Assembly: GCA_002104905.1 (NCBI GenBank) | Contig: MCFE01000209.1 | Location: 1 to 64,000, forward strand | Direction: 5' to 3' | From: Basidiobolus meristosporus CBS 931.73 | Lineage: Eukaryota > Fungi > Basidiobolomycota | DNA length: 64,000 nt | Shown here: piece by piece, positions 14,101 to 26,100 of the stretch | Position numbering within the stretch: the first letter of the stretch is position 1 | Layout of the letters: every line of letters starts with the position of its first letter | Translations under genes and position numbers: made by a program | The notes under the pieces: generated by a model | What the model saw: only the letters and a program-made list of their open reading frames with translations | What the model was told of the DNA's origin: nothing | Databases searched by the model: none

Positions 14101-17100
14101 GTCAGTACAGACAGAAGTTCGACGAGCAATCTCTGGTTCTACTCGACATCGAAGACCTGTCACTTGAGCATTATGATGTCACCAACCCGGAAGTCAGTGA
14201 GCTGAACAACTCCAACCTATGCTATGTGATCTACACCTCCGGCTCTACAGGGAAACCAAAGGGAGTGATGATGGAGCATCGCGGTGCATCAAGCTTTATT
14301 CAAGCATTCAGCCATTCATGGGGCATTGATTCCACCGATACTGCGCTATTTTTCACCAATTACACCTTTGATCCCTCAGTGATTGACATATTCTGTCCAT
14401 TAACAGTTGGCGCGTCCATCGCGATTGCCTCCAAAGACAATCTCCTTACTAACCTGGAGCTATACATAAATACCATGCATGTCACAGCAGCAGTACTCAC
14501 TCCGACTGTTACAAATCTGGTTGATCCTGCAAAGGTACCATCAATGAGGCGGCTCGTGTTGGGTGGCGAAATGATGACCACAGCAGTTCGTGACCTATGG
14601 GTGCCTCATGTGGAGCTTTGCAACGCATATGGTCCAACTGAAGCTGCTGTAGCCATCCTTGCCAACTGGAATGTGACCACAGAAACGGAGTGCACGAACA
14701 TTGGCAAACCAATAGGAGGCAGCAGAATTCTGATCATGGGAGCTGACTTGAAGCCTGTTCCATTGGGTGTGATGGGAGAGCTGTGTGTTGCAGGCCCTCA
14801 GCTTGCCCGTGGCTATCTCAACAGGTACGATCTGACGGAAAAGGTCTTCGTTTCGAGCCCGTTCGTGTACGGTGAGCGCATATACCGAACCGGTGATCTT
14901 GCACGGTTCAACGCGGATGGCTCTGTTGAGCTTGTGGGAAGAATCGACAACCAGATCAAGATCAATGGTTTAAGAATCGAACTGGACGAGATCGAGCACG
15001 CCCTGCATGATCACGCCAAGGTGACAAGAGCATGTGTGATGGCCTTGACCACTGATCAAAAGACCAACCGCAAATCTTTGGTCGCCTTTATGGCTTTCCA
15101 GGGGCTGGAGATGAGCCATACTGCTCCGAGATTTCTGAGTGAACTCGAAGCCGAATTCGCCTACGAGTATATTGAGGAACTAAAGGCTGTCTGCCAGAAG
15201 AGATTGCCTACATACATGGTCCCCAATCTATGGCTTCCACTCAACACTATGCCAGTCAACACAAGCGGGAAAATCGATCGTCGCAAGTTGTCTGATCTCT
15301 TCCTATCCTCAAATCTTGATGAAATCGTGAGATTATCCAAGCACAGAAATGAGAAAAGGAGACAGCTCACCACACCCTTGGAGATGCAGATCCTGGCCGT
15401 ATGGTCGGAGACGCTTAACATTCCTGCCTCCAGCATCGCCGCTGACGACACTTTCTTCCAGCTTGGTGGTGATTCCATTTCTGCCATTCGAGTGTCATCA
15501 CTCAGTCGTCAGAATGGGATCTCACTCTCCGTAAAGCAGATCATGCAAAACCCGACCATCAGTGCACTTGCCTCAGTTGCCACCTTCCAAGATGCTGTTG
15601 ATGCTGAATCAAATGTGTGCGCCGATGGCGATGTCATCCTTACGCCAATCCAGCGACGCTTCCTTGGGGCCCCTCAAGATAATATGCATCATTTCAATCA
15701 GTCCTGGTTGTTGAAGATGCGCGAGTCCACTACAGCGGACAATCTCACCCTAGCGATCCTTGCCCTCGCAAAACATCACGATGTACTTCGCAGTCGATTC
15801 TCGCAGACAGAAGGGGAGTGGAAGATGACAGTGATGCCGATGGATGAGGTTTTGTTCCAGGTCCATCACCATCAGGTGAGGTCTGTTTCGGAGCTGCAAG
15901 GGCACATCCATCAGCTACAACGTGGTCTCAATTTGGCCTCTGGTCCCATGTTCCATTTCTCACTGTACGATCTGGAGGATGGCTCCCAGCTGCTGTTCAT
16001 GACCATCCACCATCTCGTTGTTGATCTGGTGTCATGGCGTATCATATGGGAGGATTTGGAGCAGCTACTTCAAGGAAAGGAGTGCGGCTACAAGTCGATG
16101 ACCTTCATGCACTGGAGTGCCTTACTCAATGAGTATGCTCAAGAGCTGGATATTAGTGCGTGGCCTTCTCAGAAGGTCGCTGAGCCAGTCGTGAGTGATG
16201 CATCTCTCTTAGCCCTGAACACATTCAAGTCCAGCAAATCCGCCACCTTCTCCCTGTCGGTCAACCAAACCGAAAAGCTCTTTGGCAGGTGCAACCTTCC
16301 ATTCCAGACCGAAGCCACTGACCTGATGATCGCTTCGCTGGCCATTGCCTACTGCAAGGTGTTCAACACCAGCAGTATGACCATCGGCATGGAAGGTCAC
16401 GGAAGAGAAGCATGGCGTGATGGGATTGATGTGTCGAGGACTGTTGGCTGGTTCACCACTCTGTATCCATTCGTTGTGGAGATGACTCAAGGCTTCGACC
16501 ATTTGAGTGTCCTCAAACGAGTCAAGGACCAGCGCAAGTCGATGCCAGGGAATGGCATTGTGTATGGATTACTCCGCTATCTGAGTAACAAGCCAAGCAA
16601 CCCGTTCAGTGATGATGTGATCCAGGTTGGGTTCAACTATCTTGGTCGCTTCCAGCAACTGGAGAGCAAGAACTCGTTTTTCCAACCCGCTCAGGCTCCT
16701 TACGATTTTGATATCTCAAGTATTAGCAAAGAGTGGATCAGAGATCATGTCTTTGATATAATAGCCACTATTGACAATGACAGCTTCAGCGCCGGAATCA
16801 CCTACAACCCCCACTTGCACTCGGATGAAATTGTATCCCAGTGGCTTTCCGCCTGGAATGACTGTCTCAATGCTTTGATCGATAGTTGTGCCTCATTGGA
16901 TGCCGTGGAGCATACCCGAAGCGATTTCCCGTTAGTGAAATTCACGGAGGCAGAGTTCAACCTGTTCTACAATCAAAATCTGCCCAATATTGGGGTCGAG
17001 CGTAGTCTCATTGAAGACATCCTTCCATGCACCCCGCTTCAGGAAGGACTGATTGCTGGTATGTTCAAGGATGCCAACTACTATCATGTCCAGCAACAAT

Positions 17101-20100
17101 TTGAGATTACTGGTGATTTCGACAGGACCCGATTCCTAAATACGTGGGATATAGTCATTCAGAATCACCCAATACTTCGGACCATTTTCGTTGAGTGCGT
17201 TACCAGTATGTCAAGGTTCAATTTCCTCCAAGTCGTGATGAAAGACATCACTCCCCCCTGGTCATACATCAGCTGTATTAATGACTCCATCCATGAGACA
17301 ATTTCAGTATACTTTACTGGGGATAAGGAGAACTCATATCAATTAGGACTGCCCAACATGCGTCTTGCTCTGCTTGAGACTGGCAACAAACAACAATTTC
17401 TACTCGTTAGTTGGCACCATGCAATACTTGATGCTACGTCGTGGGATCTGGTTCTTCAAGACTATTACAACATATATCATCAACAATCCCGTACCGTGAC
17501 ATATCCGTTTTCAAAATATGTATATGAAATACACGGGAAAACCGCTGCCGATGTGGCCGCAGAGAAGACATACTGGCAGAGTAAATTTTCGCAGCTCAGT
17601 AGATCTCAGTTCCCCTGCCTTGGAGTTTCTAAAGATTCTGACCCTTCAACGATCCGTGCTACTGGATCTATCTCGATTCCAGTAGACAGAATATCAAAGT
17701 TCGCTCAACGGCAAAAAGTTACCATCTTTACTCTTGTCAAAGCTACATGGGCTATTCTGCTTCGAGACTACACCCAAAGCAATGATGTTGTGTTTGGGTA
17801 TGTAATCAACGGAAGGAGTGGAGAGCTTGAGGGTGTTTCAACTATTGTTGGACCTTGTATTAATACACTCCCGAATCGCATACTGTGCAATGGTGAATTT
17901 ACCATTGCCGAATGGCTTCTGCAAATACAAGAGGACTCTTCATCAGTACTAACTTATCAGCATAGTAGTTTGCGCCAAATTCAAGAGTGGACCGGAGTAT
18001 CTCCATTATTTGATACTATTCTCAATTACAAATATGAGTCAATGAAGCCTAAGCAAGAATCGGAGAATGATAAGCTAAGACTTGTTCCGCTACATGGGAA
18101 GGAGGCTACTGAGGTAAATACTAATATAAATATGGGTTTTGCAGTAATAGATGCTAATACCCCACTAACGCTACTGTAGTATCCATTAACGTTGAACGTA
18201 TATGCAAGCAACAATGAAATCTTGTTTAGTTTGGATGCGTTCGGCGATAAAATCTCACCCTATTTTGCACAGCAAATCGCTAGCCACTTCAAATCCGTGT
18301 TTGAGTCATTTACAACTTTACCTCTAGACACACGCCTTGAAAATTTTTCTATAATACAGGAGAAAGCTACTTCGACTGCTTATGATACGGCGTCAACTGT
18401 GTCCTCGGACAACGCAATGGCATGCATGCACCATCTCTTTGAACGTCAGGCTGAGCTATCGCCTCAAGATTTAGCAGTCCGATTCGAGAGCTCTGAATGT
18501 GCCACCTATAATGAGCTGAACATTAGGGCTAACCAGTTGGCGCACCATTTGATCAAGCTTGGAGTTCGTCCTGACTCGATAGTACCATTGTGCCTGGACA
18601 AGTCGATCGTGATGATAGTGGCAATGCTTGCCGTCCTCAAAGCCGGTGGTGCTTATGTTCCCCTTGACCCGAACAATCCTGTGGAGCGCAGCAGATTCAT
18701 TATCGAGGAAACAAAGGCCGAGGTGGTGTTGACAACGGGTCAGTACAGACAGAAGTTCGACGAGCAATCTCTGGTTCTACTCGACATCGAAGACCTGTCA
18801 CTTGAGCATTATGATGTCACCAACCCGGAAGTCAGTGAACTGAACGACTCCAACCTATGCTATGTGATCTACACCTCCGGCTCTACAGGGAAACCAAAGG
18901 GAGTGATGATGGAGCATCGCGGTGCATCAAGCTTTATTCAAGCATTCAGCCATTCATGGGGCATTGATTCCACCGATACTGCGCTATTTTTCACCAATTA
19001 CACCTTTGATCCCTCAGTGATTGACATATTCTGTCCATTAACAGTTGGCGCGTCCATCGCGATTGCCTCCAAAGACAATCTCCTTACTAACCTGGAGCTA
19101 TACATAAATACCATGAATGTCACAGCAGCGGTACTCACTCCGACTGTTACAAATCTGGTTGATCCTGCAAAGGTACCATCAATGAGGCGGCTCGTGTTGG
19201 GTGGCGAAATGATGACCACAGCAGTTCGCGACCTATGGGCGCCTCATGTGGAGCTTTGCAACGCATATGGTCCAACTGAAGCTGCTGTAGCCATCCTTGC
19301 CAACTGGAATGTGACCACAGAAACGGAGTGCACGAACATTGGCAAACCAATAGGAGGCAGCAGAATTCTGATCATGGGGGCTGACTTGAAGCCTGTTCCA
19401 TTGGGTGTGATGGGAGAGCTGTGTGTTGCAGGTCCTCAGCTTGCCCGTGGCTATCTCAACAGGTACGATCTGACGGAAAAGGTCTTCGTTTCGAGCCCGT
19501 TCGTGTACGGTGAGCGCATATACCGAACCGGTGATCTTGCACGGTTCAACGCGGATGGCTCTGTTGAGCTGGTGGGAAGAATCGACAACCAGATCAAGAT
19601 CAATGGTTTAAGAATCGAACTGGACGAGATCGAGCACGCCCTGCATGATCACGCCAAGGTGACAAGAGCATGTGTGATGGCCTTGACCACTGATCAAAAG
19701 ACCAACCGCAAATCTTTGGTCGCCTTTATGGCTTTCCAGGGGCTGGAGATGAGCCATACTGCTCCGAGATTTCTGAGTGAACTCGAAGCCGAATTCGCCT
19801 ACGAGTATATTGAGGAACTAAAGGCTGTCTGCCAGAAGAGATTGCCTACATACATGGTCCCCAATCTATGGCTTCCACTCAACACTATGCCAGTCAACAC
19901 AAGCGGGAAAATCGATCGTCGCAAGTTGTCTGATCTCTTCCTATCCTCAAATCTTGATGAAATCGTGAGATTATCCAAGCACAGAAATGAGAAAAGGAGA
20001 CAGCTCACCACACCCTTGGAGATGCAGATCCTGGCCATATGGTCGGAGACGCTTAACATTCCTGCCTCCAGCATCGCCGCTGACGACACTTTCTTCCAGC

Positions 20101-23100
20101 TTGGTGGTGATTCCATTTCTGCCATTCGAGTGTCATCACTCAGTCGTCAGAACGGGATCTCACTCTCCGTAAAGCAGATCATGCAAAACCCGACCATCAG
20201 TGCGCTTGCCTCAGTTGCCACCTTCCGAGATGCTGTTGATGCTGAATCAAATGTGTGCGCCGATGGCGATGTCATCCTTACGCCAATCCAGCGACGCTTC
20301 CTTGGGGCCCCTCAAGATAATATGCATCATTTCAATCAGTCCTGGTTGTTGAAGATGCGCGAGTCCACGACAGCGGACAATCTCACCCTAGCGATCCTTG
20401 CCCTCGCAAAACATCACGATGTACTTCGCAGTCGATTCTCGCAGACAGAAGGGGAGTGGAAGATGACAGTGATGCCGATGGATGAGGTTTTGTTCCAGGT
20501 CCATCACCATCAGGTGAGGTCTGTTTCGGAGCTGCAAGGGCACATCCATCAGCTACAACGTGGTCTCAATTTGGCCTCTGGTCCCATGTTCCATTTCTCA
20601 CTGTACGATCTGGAGGATGGCTCCCAGCTGCTGTTCATGACCATCCACCATCTCGTTGTTGATCTGGTGTCATGGCGTATCATATGGGAGGATTTGGAGC
20701 AGCTACTTCAAGGAAAGGAGTGCGGCTACAAGTCGATGACCTTCATGCACTGGAGTGCCTTACTCAATGAGTATGCTCAAGAGCTGGATATTAGTGCGTG
20801 GCCTTCTCAGAAGGTCGCTGAGCCAGTCGTGAGTGATGCATCTCTCTTAGCCCTGAACACATTCAAGTCCAGCAAATCCGCCACCTTCTCCCTGTCGGTC
20901 AACCAAACCGAAAAGCTCTTTGGCAGGTGCAACCTTCCATTCCAGACCGAAGCCACTGACCTGATGATCGCTTCGCTGGCCATTGCCTACTGCAAGGTGT
21001 TCAACACCAGCAGTATGACCATCGGCATGGAAGGTCATGGAAGAGAAGCATGGCGTGATGGGATTGATGTGTCGAGGACTGTTGGCTGGTTCACCACTCT
21101 GTATCCATTCGTTGTGGAGATGACTCAAGGCTTCGACCATTTGAGTGTCCTCAAACGAGTCAAGGACCAGCGCAAGTCGATGCCAGGGAATGGCATTGTG
21201 TATGGATTACTCCGCTATCTGAGTAACAAGCCAAGCAACCCATTCAGTGATGATGTGATCCAGATTGGGTTCAACTATCTTGGTCGCTTCCAGCAACTGG
21301 AGAGCAAGAACTCGTTTTTCCAACCTGCTCAGGCTCCTTACAATTTTGATCCGTCCGAAGTATGCGTTGATCGTTGCAGGGATCATGTCTTTGATATAAT
21401 AGCCACTATCGACAATGACAGCTTCAGCGCCGGAATCACCTACAACCCCCACTTGCACTCGGATGAAATTGTATCCCAGTGGCTTTCCGCCTGGAATGAC
21501 TGTCTCAATGCTTTGATCGATAGTTGTGCCTCATTGGATTCCGTGGAGCATACCCGAAGCGATTTCCCGTTAGTGAAATTCACGGAGGCAGAGTTCAACC
21601 TGTTCTACAATCAAAATCTGCCCAATATTGGGGTCGAGCGTAGTCTCATTGAAGACATCCTTCCATGCACCCCGCTTCAGGAAGGACTGATTGCTGGTAT
21701 GTTCAAGGATGCCAACTACTATCATGTCCAGCAACAATTTGAGATTACTGGTAACTTTGATCTGGCCAGGTTTCAGAATACTTGGGAAACTCTTATTATG
21801 GATCACCCAATTTTACGTACTATCTTTGCTGAGTGTTCCACTACTGCATCGCACTTCAATTTCTTACAGATTGTGATGAAACCATCCAAGTTAGATTGGT
21901 CTTTCGTTAATTGCGCACATAATTCTCTCGGAAAAATCATCACAGAGAATCTGGCTGCTGAGAAGTCCAAATCTTTCCAGCTCGGTCAATCCAATTTCAG
22001 ATTTACATTAGTGGAAACGGATTTGGAACACCGCATACTCCTGATCAACTGGCACCATGCTATACTTGATGCCACCGCATGGAATATTGTTCTGAACGAC
22101 TTCTATCACGTATATCATCAACAACCTCGTGTGGTAACCTATCCATTCGCGAAATTTGTTGAAGAGCTATACAGTAAATCCTCGCGAGAGATTGAGAATG
22201 GGAAATCCTATTGGCAAAGGAAACTTTTACAGCTCAGCGCTTCCCAATTCCCAAACCTTGGGGTTTCTAAAGGTCCCTCTTCGATGATTTGTCGCGTAGA
22301 AGATACTATCGAAATCCCAATCGAGAGGATATCGCAAAGCGCTCAGCATTTCAATGTAACGCCCTTTACATTTATCAAGGCAGCTTGGGCTATTCTATTG
22401 AGGGAGTATACTCGTAATGAGGACGTAGTTTTCGGATATGTGGTTAATGGAAGAAACGGTGAACTGGAGGGTATTTCGACTATTGTTGGCCCGTGTATCA
22501 ACACCATTCCTTGTCGTATGCGCTGTGAGGGCAAGTTGAATGTTGTAGCATGGCTACAGGAAATACATCAGAATTATACTTCCGACCTTTCTTATCAACA
22601 GAACAGTCTACGAGACATTCAAGAGTGGGTGGGAGCGTCTCCGCTATTTGATACTATTGTTAACTATAGAGTCGGGGACTCCTCTGGAACTAATGCTGTT
22701 AATACCTGCAACGGAATGGATGAAGCGGAAAATGAAGTTAGGCTTGTGCCGAAAATTAGTAATGAAAGAACAGAGGTTGGTGAAGGCATTTATAATTATT
22801 TGATATAGTCATATTTTTAGTTCAATGTATAACTAACTCATTCTGCTTTACAGTATTCATTAGTGCTGAACATCGGAACTAGTGGTGGTGAATTTAAATT
22901 TGTTATCGATGCTAAGGATACGTTGATATCTCAACAATTTGCGAACCAAATTGCGAATGACTTCAAAACATTGTTCGGAACCTTGGTGCATATAGTTCCT
23001 GACTCTCATATCAGCGATGTGTGCGTCTCATTAAGCAAGACCCAAGCGCCCTTAACCCATCCAGCAATTTCGTACTCTTGCCCAGACACGACAAATAAGT

Positions 23101-26100
23101 GTATTCATCAGCTGGTTGAGGAGCAGGCGAGAGTCAATCCAGAGCGTACAGCAATTCAATTTGAACTCTCTGAATCGGTCACCTATGCAGAACTCAACAA
23201 CAAAGCTAATCAGTTGGCTCATCATTTGATCAAACTTGGCGTTCGTCCAGAATCGATGGTGCCCCTTTGCCTTGACAAATCAGTTTCAATGGTAGTGGCA
23301 ATGCTTGCTGTCCTCAAAGCTGGTGGTGCTTATGTTCCCCTCGACCCAAACAATCCAGTCGAGCGTAATAGATTCATTCTCGCTGAGACAAACGCACAAG
23401 TTGTAGTAACCTTGGATGCGCACAAATCCACCTTCGAAACAAAGGCTTTGGTACTACTAGACTCAGACCGGGATTGTATTCGCCAATATCCTGAGGATAA
23501 TCCAGAAGTCAGTGACTTGAATAGCTCAAACCTGTGTTATGTTCTATTTACCTCTGGCTCAACTGGAGCACCTAAAGGAGTGATGCTAGAGCATTCCGCC
23601 GTGGTTAGCTTTGTTGGCGCAATCCAGCAAGAGTATGACTTTACCCCCCAAGACTCAATACTTCAGTTCGCCAATTACACCTTCGACGCTTCAGTATTCG
23701 AGATATATGTTCCCCTTGCCATCGGAGCTTCTGTATCCATGGCGCGAAAGGACTACTTACTCACCGATCTTGAGGAATGCATCAGACAGCTTAAAGCAAC
23801 ATTCTTGATGCTGACACCCACCATTGCTACCCTAATTGACCCACTCAAGGTACCGTCAGTGAAGAACCTGATGTTCATAGGGGAGATGTTGACAACCACC
23901 GCATTGAACAAGTGGTCGCCATATGTTGATCTGAGCAACGGCTATGGACCGACTGAATCGGCAGTCCTGATGACTGTCAATACGCAAATGGACTTGACTA
24001 CTTCGTGCTCGAATGTCGGGATGCCGATCGGAAACAATAGGCTCTATATCCTGGGCGATGACAACTATCCGGTTCCGTTTGGTATAGTCGGCGAGCTGTG
24101 TGTTGCTGGGGGACAGCTAGCTCGGGGATATCTAAACAGGCCTGATCTGACAGATAATGTATTCGTTGAAAGTCCATTTGTGTCAGCAGAACGCCTCTAC
24201 AGAACTGGAGATCTTGCTCGATTCAATAGCGATGGATCCGTGGAGCTTATTGGAAGAAAAGATAACCAGATCAAGATACATGGGTTGAGAATCGAGCTGG
24301 ATGAGATTGAGCATGCTCTCCACGAGCACCCCAAAGTCGCTAGAGCGTGTATAGTTCCTTTGGTTACCGACAAAGCCACTGATCACAAATCATTAGTTGC
24401 TTTTGTGACTTTTAACGATATTACTGACGACAACACATCTTGTGGTTTGATAGAGAGAACCTACAATGAAGAGGCTGTTGATTACATCAAGGAGATTAAG
24501 ACGCTTCTTCGAAAGAAGCTGCCTACTTATATGATGCCCAACATATGGGTTCCTGTCAATAGAATGCCGACGACAACGAGTCAGAAGACTGACAGGAAGA
24601 AGCTAGCCTCGTTGTATTCCTCCCTGGACAAAGAGGATTTGATGAAGTGGAATCACAACGATACTTCTGGTCGCGTTAGAACTAGAACCGCAATGGAGGA
24701 AACCTGGATTGAACTCTGGTCAGCGGTTCTCAAAATTTCGTCGGACACTATTGGAGTACATGACTCTTTCTTTAGTCTTGGAGGTGACTCTATCCTAGCC
24801 ATCAGGCTAGTTGGTGCTGCTCATAAGGCTGGATTCACACTGACAGTCCAGGATCTCTATATATATCCTACGATCGCTGAGCTTGCAATCAGTTGTCCCT
24901 TAAACTCTAAAATTACGGAAACAAAGCTGGTTGAGAAATACTCCCTGCTCAAATTGGATCTTGAACAACTGGAGTATTTGGTCGAACACGAACTGCCCCA
25001 GCATAACATTAATCCTGATGAAGTAGATGACATCTACCCCTGTTCTCCGATGCAAGAGGCACTCGTGGCTCTGAGCATACAAGACGAATCAAGCTACGTC
25101 AGTCAGCTTGTATACAACTGTGAATCCACTGTTGACTTGGAGAGACTTCGAACTGCCTGGAAGTCAGTTATTGATGTAAACCCCATTCTTAGAACTGTCA
25201 TACTGTTTACAACCAGTGGCTTTGCTCATTTGAATGGCCTTCAGGTTGTTCTTCATGGCGAAAATATACAGTGGAGCATTAAGGAATATGAAGATGCCAC
25301 ATTGCTTGAAGACGGCCTGACCCGAACCTTGGAGGATGATAGGTCACGAGGGATTTCGGTGGGTCAACCACTGACTCGGTTCACATTGCTGAAGGCAAGA
25401 GGTACTACATCATACCTCATATGGACTATTCACCATGCACTGTACGATGGTTGGTCCATGAATCATATAGTATCGGACGTTGTCACTGCTTATCAAGGGC
25501 ATAATTTGACCGCTAGGCCACCATACAATCTTTACATCAACTACCTGATGGATATGGACAGGAGTCAATCTATCAAATACTGGAAAGAGAAGTTGAATTC
25601 GGCAACTTCAACACATTTGACTGGTAATTCCCGAATTGTTGAGGAGACGCTAATGTCATCTACGATCATTGAGAGCATCCAGGCAGACTTCAGTTCACTT
25701 GCTAGTGAGTATAGCCTAACAATAGCTACCGTTGCATATTTAGCCTGGGCCATGGTGCTAAAGTCTCATACTGGTAACTCGGACGTAGTATTTGGAGTAG
25801 TGGACTCAGGAAGAGGTATTCCTCTCCACAACGTTCAAGACATTTGCGGTCCCTGTATCACGACATTGCCCACACGTATCACTCTCTCAGATACCCAATC
25901 CCTTTTGGACGCTCTGCGGTTAATTCAGAATGCACAGATCCAGCAACGCCAGTATCAATCTATCGGGCTACAAGATATTCTCAAACATTGTTGTGACATT
26001 GGAGAAAGTTCGCTATTCGACACCCTATTAGTGGTTCAAAATATCAACCGGGAGGGGGATGCTAGGGGGTTCTCTACCATTGGTCTGGAGCAGTCTGTCG

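Noticed and set aside
13844-21752. Repeat as a pure assembly duplication
   Set aside because: The copies differ by scattered SNPs and a 30-bp island, and each joins in frame to distinct C domains with distinct introns. Disfavoured but not excluded without long reads.
18114-22862. NRPS split into three separate genes, or a pseudogene with premature stops
   Set aside because: Each break is a canonical GT-AG intron with a branch point whose removal restores the frame and a conserved C-domain motif.
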